This document shows, piece after piece, positions 26,041 through 36,132 of a DNA stretch of 46,686 bases. The stretch covers positions 1-46,686 of the IMG/VR virus record IMGVR_UViG_3300027697_000031; one strand, written 5' to 3'. The notes under the pieces are model-generated. The model was not told the origin of the DNA. It did no database searches and saw nothing but the letters and a program-made list of their open reading frames with translations. The first letter of the stretch is position 1; every line of letters begins with the position of its first letter. The DNA comes from a virus (taxonomy: Duplodnaviria; Caudoviricetes). A program made the translations under genes and the position numbers.

Positions 26041-29000
26041 TTCAAAGGCGTAGTCCAAGTCATCCCGTGCCGCACGGGATGATGCCCGTAGGGTGCGCTC
26101 TTTGGCAGGGAGTCTTGCTTCACGCAAGGCTTTCTGTGAGTTACCTTCAAAGTTTCTAATCTCCAAAGCCGTACCTCTTGCGCCTGTATTCCAGTCCCGT
26201 ACTGCCTCTAAGACTGCATTAGCGGTGGCAGTATCGTTAGAAATCCTAGCCTTGATATACGCCTGACGGAAACCTGCGGTCACATCTTTTTGGTAATCGG
26301 TAAGACGGTTGGCAATCTTGATACCTTGGTAAGACTCAGCCGCAGCCGATGGGTAGAACCCAAGTAGACGGGTAGCGATTGTCCCTAAGTGCATGTCGTT
26401 GCTGACTACATAGCCACGCTTGTCAACGATTGCACCCGATTGACTATACGCAATGGCATCACCTAAAGCACGGAAGGCCGTGACAGGAGACTCACGCACC
26501 ACATCAAGTGCAGAGATACGGGCCGAGAACGGTGCGCGTATAGCATCTGCAAACATGTTGGCAGTTCCTAGTATTGCTGAAGGCGCTGGGCCAGCGATCT
26601 CGCCAAGTTCACGAGCCACATCAGCGCCAGCCAGTAGCACACCAGTACCGGGCAACATGTTGCCAAGAGATACGCGACCTGCTACGTCAGCAGGAATCCA
26701 TTGATTGATAACACCGCCAAGGAGGTAAGAAGAAGAACCGGGAACTATGCCATCGGCAAACTTGGCGATTTCATAGCGGATGCTACCTTTCTTGAACCCT
26801 AGTTTCTGAGCAATCGTATCAATTAAATCCTCAAGATCTTCAGCAAACGGTAATCCTTGTAGTCCGGTCAGTACCCACAACGCCGCAAGCATACCGATCT
26901 TACCCTCACGAGACAGGTTGGCAAGCATCTGCACGGATGTGGTTGGGAATACTTTGTACATATACATGAACGACTGTATGCCTGATCTCCAAGCCGGTGG
27001 TCGATTCAGTACGGAGTACTCACCCAATGTAAGTTGTAGTGTCTTGACCGCAAACTCACTGGCTTGTGTCTGTGCTTCAGTGTCAGATAAACCTGCGGCT
27101 TTTACACGGTCATACTGCATACGATACGCTGCTAGACCAAGACTGCGGCGTGACGCTTGCTCAGTCAGATTGAACGGAGCCATCCATCCATCAATAAATT
27201 TCTGCTTCAAACCAGAGGTAGCAAGACCACGAGCCATACCAATCATGGCATTAGACTGTGCGGGAATCATTGCACCCTCACGAATCTCATTTGCGATGAA
27301 CCTAGCCTCATGCTCTTTTAATCCGTACTTCTGCTGAAGTTGGGGGTCTGCGGCTACTTCGTCATAGAACTCAGCACGATTAGCGTCACGGCTAGTCTCG
27401 CTCGCAGGATTCATCCCGATCACACCAACTTGTTTAAGAGCAATGTGTAGTTGCGCCATTGACTGACCAAAACCAAAGCCACCGCCAAAGGCAGTACGCT
27501 CGTTGTAACTAGATAGGTAGGGTAGCCCGTTGGTGTAGATAGACAAGAAGTTCAGCGCACCTGTGGCAATAGACGCACCCAACTGGATCAGACTGGTTGA
27601 GGCACGGATCTGAGAAACCAGTTTGCCCGAACCAAAGTCAGACTCATCTACGTTGCGGTTGCCATCCAAGAACGCCATTGTCTTAGCGGCTTCATTGTAG
27701 AACTCGTTGCCACGACGCAGACCATTGACAGGGTTAGTCGTCTCGTACATGTACTTGTATTGCTGGTACTCACGGCGGGCTAGTGTCTTGGCTTCAGGCG
27801 AGGCTTTAGGATCAGCCTCTACACGGTCAGCAGTTACACGCAAGGATTCGAGCAGTGCTTTGTCTCCGTTCCACAAGCGTTGGGTTCTGCCAAGGCTGAG
27901 GTTCATCAACTCACTAACACGAGGGCGCATCATCATCTTAGCCACGGTGGATGCACGGGACTCAATATGACGGGAGATTGCCATGATGCCATCACGCTTA
28001 TCGCCGGGGGTAAAGGCACGTTGCAAGCGGTTACGGGCTGAACTGTTCTGACGGGTAAGAGCAACCGTGATCTGCTCCATCTTCTTAGGATTCAGAGCAA
28101 CGTCAAACTGGCGCAAGCCACGAATAAAGTCGTTGTAGTTTAACTCTGGCGGTGCAGCAATAGCGTCGAGAGCGGCTTCGTGAATGGCTTCTAGTTTGAC
28201 TTTCCGAACCGCAAAACTTTGGGTGTTCTCATCGTAGACTTCGATCTCATAGTCTTTATCTTCAAACAAATCATTAACGCTGTCTGCCATAGCACGGGCT
28301 TCGCTAGGTGTTTCCATCTGCGAGAACACGAACTGCTCGCGATAAGAATCCCGTGGGCGTAGGAGGCGACCAGTCTTAGGATCAATAACTTGTACCCGAA
28401 CTTGGTACTGACCTTCACGCAGGATAGGGGTATACCCGGTAGCCAACGAACGCTTAGTAAACAGGTCGGCATCCTTAGCGGATATGTCAGAAAGAACAAT
28501 CTGCTTGACTCGGTTCTGAATCACAAACTTATTTTCAGGTGTGATACTAACTTCCTTACGCATTGCTTCCAAAGACTTGACTGCATCATCAGCCTCTTTA
28601 CCTTTGAAGAACGCCTTGAATCCATCAATGTCGGCTTGCTTTTGGGCAGGGTCAACTGCGCTTGCAGCAATTGCTTTGTTCAGTGCAACAAGAAACTCGT
28701 TACCTAGTGTCATGGACTCAGTGTCAAACTTAGGATAGCCACGCTCGTCTAGGGTAATCTTGTCTGTGTAGATGTCACGGTACTTGGTAATCATGCGGTC
28801 AAGGAAAGCCTGTGAGTCCTTGGACATCTGCTTTCCATCGGTCATTAACTCACCAAGTTCACGATAGGCGTTGCCACGTTCGGCAAATGCGCCAAGGTAT
28901 CTGGCTCGGAGAAGTTGTAACTCCACATCATTGACTGACTCACGGAGAGATAAGTACCCAGTCCACTCAATGCTTTGTTCGGTAATGTCTTTATACCCAG

Positions 29001-32000
29001 CAAAGCGCTCAGTTTTCTCTACCATCTTGTCGCCTTCAGGGATCATCACGGTGTAGTCAAACCCGTCACGCATCATCTCAAACGTAATCTGCCCCTGCTT
29101 GGCAAGTCTGTTGATCTCTAATTGGTTAGCCAATAGGTTGCCGTTATCGTCAAAGGTATATAGCGGTGCGCTACCTAGTTCACTAAGGCGGTCTACACGG
29201 GATACTGCCCAACGCTGACCTGCATAGAGGGCTTCGTTAATCCGCTTGGTCTGCTCAGACGTAGTACCACTGAACTCAACAAGGCCAAGGTCTACTGACC
29301 GGCCTAGAACCTTACGCAGTTTCTCATTGTTCTTAACCTTGATGCTCATGGAAATGTCACGACCTTGGTCAATGATTCTTTCCAACTCGTTCATGCCGGG
29401 GTTAAGACGGGCGCGATAGTTCAGTAGGCTCAAGAAGGTGGCTTTGAACTTATCGTAGGAAGCAAGACTGTCTACGCCCTGAGCCTTGAGGTACTCCCAA
29501 GACTCGTTAAATGTTCTAGGTACGCCACCGATGGTGTCAATCATTAGTCCAGCCATACGGTTATCGGCGTAGTAGTCACCTGCCGTAGCAAAGCGACCTG
29601 TCCCACTGGTAATCTTGCCGTACTCCACTACATACAGGCGCTTGATAACTTCAGACACATCAAAGGCAATGCCGGGATTACCAGTGCGGTTGTACGCACG
29701 GGCTTGGCTAACGAGGTAGCGTACTGCCTCATCTCCAAAACGCATCCCGGTGCGGTTTAGGAATCCCTTAATGGCGTTCCATATCTTAGCCACAATGCTG
29801 GTATCTAGTGAGGCGGCGTAGTCAGCCAAGTATTCCTCGACTGCCTCGGCACGGGACATTCCCTCTGCATCCATCGCCGCATCAACGGCACTCTGCATGT
29901 ATGGATGTTCTTGGTACAGGCGCTCCATCAGACCATCAAACTTGTTGGCAGGAATAATTCCACGCAGACCAAAGTGACCCATCGTTTCGTGGGCAAGTAC
30001 AAACTTTAACTGCTGGTCTGTTGCGATGCGGTCGCTAAAGATAATGACGTTGCCATCACCAAACGAATAGCCCGCAGCCGATACCGTGTCGAAGTCACCT
30101 TGTGGGCGAGCCGCCACAGCACGGGCGTACAACTCAGGGTTGCGTGCCTTCAGGTCAGCCTGATTAGCGTAGGTAAATACACTGGGCTTGCGAGCAAGAC
30201 GTGACAAGAAGTTGCTGATTGTCTGACGTACCTTCAGCAGCGGCAGCGGGGAGGTAATTGAACTGCCATCATCCCGCTTGTAACGACCAGAGTCAAAGCC
30301 ACTGGGCTTACGACCAAACCCGTTCCAGTCATCCAACGAGAACGGTGGGGTGTACTCACCCGGTGCTTCTTTTTTCTTCTTGCCTTTACCCTTTGCTTGG
30401 ACTTCTTCTTGTTCAGCCGCTACTAGATCGGGGTCAACATCCGTATCCAAGTCACGGTCAGCATCCATTGCCTCCATATCCCTGCGGGTTTCTTCGGATA
30501 TTTCAGAAGAAACAACCCGTAGTTTGGAGTTAACTTCGGTAGTCTTAGGTGTACCGTCAGCATTAAAGTATGCCGACAGCGGTTTGTTTGCGTAAGCCAC
30601 AAAGGCTTGCAGTCCGTCTTTCCGTACCTGCGCCCACATCTCGGTCAACTTGATAAGCATCTTGGCTTGGGCATCAGCGTTCTGTGCAAAGCCAGTCTTA
30701 GTATTGATGTCCTTAATATAGTCCAGCAGTTTGATCGCAGAGTTATCCTTGATCGTATCTTGATCCGGCGTAACTGGGGTATTACCAATAGCCTCGTTCT
30801 GATATTGGGCTGGCAGGTTTTGCAAGTTCATAATCTGCTTGGCTTTTTCAAGCAGGTCAGTGGCAATAATCATTTGGAACAACGGCGTTTCATTACCAGC
30901 CCTGTCCGTAGCCGAAGCCTCACCCTCAGCAGCACTTTGAGTACGCATGAACCTGACCAGTGCCTTCTTAAAGGTGGCATCTTTTTCGACGCTATCGAGG
31001 AAAGCCTTAGCCTCAACATCCAGTTTAGCCTTGCGGTCATTGGAGTCAGGGGTGTAGGCGTATTCCATTACACCAATGAGACTGATTACTTTCTCTGATT
31101 CAGACTTGGTTTCTTCAACTGACCGCATTAAATCTTCCATCAACTCACGGGAAGTTTGGTCTTTAGGTGGCATACCCCGTGTTGGGGCTGGAGTAGGCGT
31201 AACTGTGGCTGCGGCCTTTTCGTCTGCTAATCTTTGAACAGCCTCGGCAATCTTTGCTTCACGCAGTTTTCTTGCTTCGTCTGTGTCAGTTACTGGAGCG
31301 GCTGCCGCAGCAGCCTTACCCTTTTTTAGTGTGGCTCCTTTCTTAGGAGCAGTTACTTCTTCTTGCTTCGCCCCGCGCTTGAGAGCGACGCTGCCACCGC
31401 CTGTCGGAGTGCCGCCGCCTTGGTCTTGGGTCGTGGGCTGCTGCCCAGTTTGCCCCCTGCCTTGTACTCCCGCATTATCTTGCTTACGTTTTGTGAGACG
31501 ACTTTGTTGCTGCTTCCCTTTTTGAGTGGCATCTTGCTTTCCTTTCTTTTGCTTAGCAGGTTTTTGTACTTCCCCTTCAAACTCACCGTTTGTAAACTTA
31601 CCATCCATAACGGTTCCGTCTACATCTTCAAACCTACCTTGACCATTGGTAAAACCATTCTTCCATTGACCAGTGTAAGTACTACCATCAGGGTAAGTCA
31701 TTACCCCAGTACCATTTGGCTCATTGTCTTTTAGTTGCCCAGTGTACATAGCGCCATCTTCATACTCGACCGTGCCAGTTCTAGACTTAAGCGTTTCGGC
31801 TTTGCGGGCTTTTGCAACAGTGGCTGGAGTAACAGCCTTGCCTGTCGGCTTAGCAATCGCAGCACCTTGTTCAACGGTTGGAGTAATTTTTTGTGGTTTG
31901 GCTACGCTCTTGAGTGCCGCTACCGATGGCTGACCACGCTGAGTAAACAACGGGATCTGTGTCTGTGCGGGTAAGCCCGGAATAGCAATTTGATCTGCGG

Positions 32001-34125
32001 TCAAAGCGGGAGCAACGGGTACTCCAATGCCACGACGCAAGCCCTCGCCTCGTGAAGGACGAGGTGTGCCAGCCAAGGGCTGACCACGGTCAAACATAGA
32101 AATCTGCCTAGGCGCACGCTGTTGCGCTTGAACCATTGGCATAGGTTGTGGCGCAGGGGTAGGGGTAGGCGCAGGGGCTTGAGCGGCTAAATCTAATTGA
32201 CGTTGCGCTGCGGCAACATTGCCAAGGCGCTCAAGGTCTGCTTCTCTTTGTGCTGCTGCTTGCTGCTGAGCCTGTGACAAAGCCTGACGACTTTGCGCCA
32301 AGTTCATCTGTTGTTCCATGATCGGATTGACTGACGTTTGTTGATTGGTAAAGCCAACACCCGACGGCGCGGGTGGTGCAAACTGCAATACACCTTGATT
32401 TGGATTAACAAATGTTGGTGCTGGCAAAGCCAAGCGATCAGAAGGAGGGGGTGTTATAGCCTGTTGTTCGTACTGCCCAGTAGCCTCATTCCATACCATA
32501 CGTGGCGCTTGTTCGCCTACGTTCATACTGCGCTGGCGCACCTCACCTACTGTGGATGGGCCAAGGTCTAAAACACCTTGCGGGCCAAAGTCACCGGGGG
32601 TAACTTGCCCAAAGAAAGGGCGTTCGCTTGCTGTGCGAGGACGCACCACACTATCAGAACCAATACCACCGATAAGGTCGTTGGCTTGACCTACCCCACC
32701 AGTTTGTACGGGGCCACCTTGCATGTCTGCCGCAGGAGAAACGACTGTAAGCGCAGTCGATGTTGACCCTGCTTTTTGTTCCAATAAGTTAGTTGGCTTA
32801 TTTGTAGGAATGGCTTCTTTAGCACGACCACGCAGAAGTCCAGACGCACCTCCAACTGCCGTACCAGTAATGGCTCCAGCCGCACCGGCTTCAAGTACAC
32901 GAGATGCGAGGTCAGGTGCTATTTCTCCACCAGCCAAGGTAGGCGCAAGTGCGCCTGTAACTAATTCTTGTCCTGCTTCAGTCAGACCCTCAGCCACAGT
33001 ACCGAGAGCGCCTTCTCTTAAACCTAATGCTCCACGCTGTCCAGCGGCTTTAAGTTTGGTAGTTCCCGCAGTAACCGCAGGAAGTTTGTTTCCCATGTAA
33101 CGGGTAAAGAGTAGGAACTCCGGCAAACTTTCAAGAGCAGCGTATGGAGCAGCAGCAAGCAAGGCTGCGTAAGGATTAGCCGCACCTGCCTCCTCAGTGG
33201 CAAGATAAGACTCGCCAAAACCAGCGACATAGTTAGAAGCCAGTGATGCGCCAGCGGCGTAAGTAGCCGCAGCGGCTCGTTTGAGTAAGGCTTTTTCTGC
33301 TACCTCTAACCCAGCCCAGCCCACTTGGGCTTTCTTTAGTGCAGCGGCTTTGATCTGTTGCTTGACTGCTTCTTTCGCACCAACGCTAAGAACTGCACCG
33401 CCAACCGTACCGGCAGGGCCACCTGTTGCAGTACCGATTGCAGCACCACCTAGAGCCACGGCGACAGACTCAAGCAGACTTGGGCCAGCCTGACCAAGCG
33501 AAGCAACCGCCCAATCCCATGCTTTAGATCCGCTATCAATCTCAGAAAACTCACGCTGGAATGGTGCAGTCTTATTTAGGTCTGCAATTTGTTGCAGCAC
33601 AATATCTTTACCAGCAGTCTCAAGCCCTTGAATACCAGTTAAATCACCAATACCTTGCAGCGCACCACCAGCGATCATCTGAAGCGAGTCAACGCCACGG
33701 CCAAAATTCTTTTTGAACAAGCGACCTGTTGATGGATTCTTAATAGACTGAAGGAACTGCCCATAGGCTTGTTGACTAAGTGGAACCCAGTCAGCCGTAT
33801 CGGTAGGCAAACCAGTGCCGGGGCCACCAGCCAAAGACTCAGCCTCTAGCGCAGACGTAGCATCATCCGCAGAGAACCGCATACCATTGACAAACAATTG
33901 GTTCTTTGATGGGCTAAAAGCAATTGACGGCGGCTGTTTAATATCAGGTAAACGGAACTCGCTAGTCTTAACTAACCGCTCCCCCAATGCGGCCATGTCA
34001 GTAAGTGACGGGCCAAGATTTCCCAAACCCACGTTTGAGGTGGGTGTGTAGGGAGCAAATGGTTGTGGAGCATCGGTAAGCCCCATCGATTCAAATGCAG
34101 GACTTGCGAAGGGGGAGTTAGCCAT
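26020..34125 (-). CDS. Giant internal virion/ejection (polyvalent) protein, 2701 aa
   Basis: Gly/Ala hydrophobic N-terminal region, MORN-like repeats, zincin LAHETMGH, C-terminal GLQGLPF region; last gene of the ejection-protein cluster. Confidence 0.8.
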   Translation of the reverse strand: MANSPFASPAFESMGLTDAPQPFAPYTPTSNVGLGNLGPSLTDMAALGERLVKTSEFRLPDIKQPPSIAFSPSKNQLFVNGMRFSADDATSALEAESLAGGPGTGLPTDTADWVPLSQQAYGQFLQSIKNPSTGRLFKKNFGRGVDSLQMIAGGALQGIGDLTGIQGLETAGKDIVLQQIADLNKTAPFQREFSEIDSGSKAWDWAVASLGQAGPSLLESVAVALGGAAIGTATGGPAGTVGGAVLSVGAKEAVKQQIKAAALKKAQVGWAGLEVAEKALLKRAAAATYAAGASLASNYVAGFGESYLATEEAGAANPYAALLAAAPYAALESLPEFLLFTRYMGNKLPAVTAGTTKLKAAGQRGALGLREGALGTVAEGLTEAGQELVTGALAPTLAGGEIAPDLASRVLEAGAAGAITGTAVGGASGLLRGRAKEAIPTNKPTNLLEQKAGSTSTALTVVSPAADMQGGPVQTGGVGQANDLIGGIGSDSVVRPRTASERPFFGQVTPGDFGPQGVLDLGPSTVGEVRQRSMNVGEQAPRMVWNEATGQYEQQAITPPPSDRLALPAPTFVNPNQGVLQFAPPAPSGVGFTNQQTSVNPIMEQQMNLAQSRQALSQAQQQAAAQREADLERLGNVAAAQRQLDLAAQAPAPTPTPAPQPMPMVQAQQRAPRQISMFDRGQPLAGTPRPSRGEGLRRGIGVPVAPALTADQIAIPGLPAQTQIPLFTQRGQPSVAALKSVAKPQKITPTVEQGAAIAKPTGKAVTPATVAKARKAETLKSRTGTVEYEDGAMYTGQLKDNEPNGTGVMTYPDGSTYTGQWKNGFTNGQGRFEDVDGTVMDGKFTNGEFEGEVQKPAKQKKGKQDATQKGKQQQSRLTKRKQDNAGVQGRGQTGQQPTTQDQGGGTPTGGGSVALKRGAKQEEVTAPKKGATLKKGKAAAAAAPVTDTDEARKLREAKIAEAVQRLADEKAAATVTPTPAPTRGMPPKDQTSRELMEDLMRSVEETKSESEKVISLIGVMEYAYTPDSNDRKAKLDVEAKAFLDSVEKDATFKKALVRFMRTQSAAEGEASATDRAGNETPLFQMIIATDLLEKAKQIMNLQNLPAQYQNEAIGNTPVTPDQDTIKDNSAIKLLDYIKDINTKTGFAQNADAQAKMLIKLTEMWAQVRKDGLQAFVAYANKPLSAYFNADGTPKTTEVNSKLRVVSSEISEETRRDMEAMDADRDLDTDVDPDLVAAEQEEVQAKGKGKKKKEAPGEYTPPFSLDDWNGFGRKPSGFDSGRYKRDDGSSITSPLPLLKVRQTISNFLSRLARKPSVFTYANQADLKARNPELYARAVAARPQGDFDTVSAAGYSFGDGNVIIFSDRIATDQQLKFVLAHETMGHFGLRGIIPANKFDGLMERLYQEHPYMQSAVDAAMDAEGMSRAEAVEEYLADYAASLDTSIVAKIWNAIKGFLNRTGMRFGDEAVRYLVSQARAYNRTGNPGIAFDVSEVIKRLYVVEYGKITSGTGRFATAGDYYADNRMAGLMIDTIGGVPRTFNESWEYLKAQGVDSLASYDKFKATFLSLLNYRARLNPGMNELERIIDQGRDISMSIKVKNNEKLRKVLGRSVDLGLVEFSGTTSEQTKRINEALYAGQRWAVSRVDRLSELGSAPLYTFDDNGNLLANQLEINRLAKQGQITFEMMRDGFDYTVMIPEGDKMVEKTERFAGYKDITEQSIEWTGYLSLRESVNDVELQLLRARYLGAFAERGNAYRELGELMTDGKQMSKDSQAFLDRMITKYRDIYTDKITLDERGYPKFDTESMTLGNEFLVALNKAIAASAVDPAQKQADIDGFKAFFKGKEADDAVKSLEAMRKEVSITPENKFVIQNRVKQIVLSDISAKDADLFTKRSLATGYTPILREGQYQVRVQVIDPKTGRLLRPRDSYREQFVFSQMETPSEARAMADSVNDLFEDKDYEIEVYDENTQSFAVRKVKLEAIHEAALDAIAAPPELNYNDFIRGLRQFDVALNPKKMEQITVALTRQNSSARNRLQRAFTPGDKRDGIMAISRHIESRASTVAKMMMRPRVSELMNLSLGRTQRLWNGDKALLESLRVTADRVEADPKASPEAKTLARREYQQYKYMYETTNPVNGLRRGNEFYNEAAKTMAFLDGNRNVDESDFGSGKLVSQIRASTSLIQLGASIATGALNFLSIYTNGLPYLSSYNERTAFGGGFGFGQSMAQLHIALKQVGVIGMNPASETSRDANRAEFYDEVAADPQLQQKYGLKEHEARFIANEIREGAMIPAQSNAMIGMARGLATSGLKQKFIDGWMAPFNLTEQASRRSLGLAAYRMQYDRVKAAGLSDTEAQTQASEFAVKTLQLTLGEYSVLNRPPAWRSGIQSFMYMYKVFPTTSVQMLANLSREGKIGMLAALWVLTGLQGLPFAEDLEDLIDTIAQKLGFKKGSIRYEIAKFADGIVPGSSSYLLGGVINQWIPADVAGRVSLGNMLPGTGVLLAGADVARELGEIAGPAPSAILGTANMFADAIRAPFSARISALDVVRESPVTAFRALGDAIAYSQSGAIVDKRGYVVSNDMHLGTIATRLLGFYPSAAAESYQGIKIANRLTDYQKDVTAGFRQAYIKARISNDTATANAVLEAVRDWNTGARGTALEIRNFEGNSQKALREARLPAKERTLRASSRAARDDLDYAFELLSDSD
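31353..31532 (-). CDS. Overprinted 59-aa basic protein (MPLKKGSSNKVVSQNVSKIMREYKAGG...QAVAASLSSAGRSKKK), DUF6496-like
   Basis: Alternative frame nested in the 2701-aa gene; SD AAAGGA 7 nt before ATG 31532; matches the recurrent small phage protein pattern MPLKKG.S...S.N....M.E...QAVA..LS.AG.SKK. Confidence 0.7.
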   Translation of the reverse strand: MPLKKGSSNKVVSQNVSKIMREYKAGGKLGSSPRPKTKAAALRQAVAASLSSAGRSKKK

Positions 34126-36122
34126 TATCTACCTCTAGCCATTTGTGTTGCAGAAGGCAAACCAGCAATAGGAACTGCGGCATTGCTCTGTATTTCAACT
34201 CCATCAACAACTGTCTTAGTACCAGTAGGATTGTAAATATAAGGGGGGATTCCAAGATACGCAGGAGGTATGATAACCCAAGTGCCAGTGGCAGTATCAG
34301 GTTTAGCCGTCCACCCTTGCTTCATGGATTCTTCTCTGAGTCTAAAGTTACCCTTAGTGGTTTCAACCATTACGTCTTTAACCATATTGGCTTGGATCTC
34401 ATCACGCTTTGTAGCAGCACTAACTTGACCCTTGACACCTTCTTTAGCGGCAAACATACCAAGTTCAGTCTGCGAAGCAATCTTAGCCTCACGGTACTTC
34501 GTGTCAAACATTTCACGGGCAGCATCACGAATCTGCGCCCTAGTCATAGGCTCTCCAACTTTTTGCCCATTGACCCACATATTGAAGTTACCATCCGAGC
34601 GAGGCTGGAACGCAACCGGTTGTCCAACGTAGAAACTCATGGCTGCTGAAACACCACGGGGGTCATTGGAATACTCTAGTTGATAGACTGTACCCATTGC
34701 CTGTAAGAGTCGGTTGCCATCACGGTAAGAATTATCTAACTGGGTAATCTGATCTCGAACCAACTCAGCCTCAGCACCCATACCTGCGTTTTGGTACATC
34801 TGGAACTTACGAATACCATCTGCACGAGAGCGTTGATACTGCTCATTAAGGATTTTTTGATCGCCAGTAATAGCACCAGTGTTAGCAAGATAGTAAGACG
34901 TTGGGCTTTTTGGTTCTTTAGTTTGTCTAACACCCGGAGTAGCCGCAGATGCAATGGGGCCAGCAACCACAGGTTGTGCAGAAGCAGCACCGGGTGCAGC
35001 GGGAGCAGCGCCAACAACAGGAGCAGTTACATCAGTAGTAGTTGCGCCGGGAGCAGCAGCCACTTGTACAGGAGCAACACCCGGTTGGTCAATACCAGAC
35101 AGAATAGTAGCAATAGGTCTAGCCATTGCAGTACGACCAGCCACAGAAGTTGCACCTTTATAGCGATATAGAGCCTGTTCGTAGTTACCGTTTGCTTCTT
35201 TAAGGTACTGGGCAAATAGTTGCGCTGCGTAAGGAATAGCCTTTAGCGGATCCATTGCGTCGGCTTGGCTAATCTGTCCTTGCTTCGTGCCTATGTTGGT
35301 TGTGTAGATTTGAGCGATACCAAAAGCAACAGGCTTTCCGTTGACGTTGTTAATTGCGTCGGCTTTGAATGACGACTCAGTACCAATCAACCGCTTAAAG
35401 ACCACGGGATCAATTCCGTATTGCTGGGCAGCCTTGGTCATTACATCATCGTACGGCGTATTAATAGCGTCATACTGAACAGCAGATCGAGCGACCGCCT
35501 GAGGAGTAGACTCTTGGATTACACTGCTACGGCCTTCACGACCAAAGTCAATGGTAGGTTGATTACGAGTAATAACTTGATTATTAGAATCAAGTCTTTT
35601 TTGATACATATCTCGTTGCTGCTCAAGATTGCGCCGTGCATTAGGCGGTAAATCAGTACGCTGCAAAGTCTTATTAAGATTGTCCACCTGCATCTTATTT
35701 AGTTGCGCCATTTCAGTAGCACGCTTAAATGCCAGTGGGTCAGCAGATGGGTTAGGAACCATCTGCCCATAAGGAATATTTGCCGGAGCCTGAGTTACAG
35801 CCTGTCGTGTCTCTGGAGAAACTGCCCCAGAGAATTGATTTGGCCCAGAAGCCGCAGGTGCAGGTGCAGCAGGAGGAGCAACTTGCTCAACATCCATAGG
35901 TTTTTGTTGACCTACACCCAACAAGTCGCCGGTTGTAACTGCTTCTGGTGCTGGCGCATTGGCTTGTTGCTGGCGCAATGCCTCTTGACGGCGTAGCGCT
36001 TCGAGCGCCATAACGTCTTTTTCTTCAGTACGCAGAGTCTGTCGCCGTTTTGTGGCTAAGTCCATGCCAGCATAGAACCCTTCGGTTCCAGCCGCTATAT
36101 TCCCAAAAGTTAGGGCAGCCAT
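34125..36122 (-). CDS. Internal virion protein with a lytic transglycosylase (SLT) domain
   Basis: AAQQYGIDP..F..LI.TESSF...A, GIAQI and AL..Y motifs. Confidence 0.8.
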   Translation of the reverse strand: MAALTFGNIAAGTEGFYAGMDLATKRRQTLRTEEKDVMALEALRRQEALRQQQANAPAPEAVTTGDLLGVGQQKPMDVEQVAPPAAPAPAASGPNQFSGAVSPETRQAVTQAPANIPYGQMVPNPSADPLAFKRATEMAQLNKMQVDNLNKTLQRTDLPPNARRNLEQQRDMYQKRLDSNNQVITRNQPTIDFGREGRSSVIQESTPQAVARSAVQYDAINTPYDDVMTKAAQQYGIDPVVFKRLIGTESSFKADAINNVNGKPVAFGIAQIYTTNIGTKQGQISQADAMDPLKAIPYAAQLFAQYLKEANGNYEQALYRYKGATSVAGRTAMARPIATILSGIDQPGVAPVQVAAAPGATTTDVTAPVVGAAPAAPGAASAQPVVAGPIASAATPGVRQTKEPKSPTSYYLANTGAITGDQKILNEQYQRSRADGIRKFQMYQNAGMGAEAELVRDQITQLDNSYRDGNRLLQAMGTVYQLEYSNDPRGVSAAMSFYVGQPVAFQPRSDGNFNMWVNGQKVGEPMTRAQIRDAAREMFDTKYREAKIASQTELGMFAAKEGVKGQVSAATKRDEIQANMVKDVMVETTKGNFRLREESMKQGWTAKPDTATGTWVIIPPAYLGIPPYIYNPTGTKTVVDGVEIQSNAAVPIAGLPSATQMARGR

Positions 36123-36132
36123 GATCTACTCC

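Noticed and set aside
34736-35215. Leu-rich same-strand alternative-frame ORFs as additional overprinted membrane proteins
   Set aside because: The Leu-rich composition is the expected frameshift of GCT/CCT-rich codons; no SD and no family resemblance, unlike 31353..31532.
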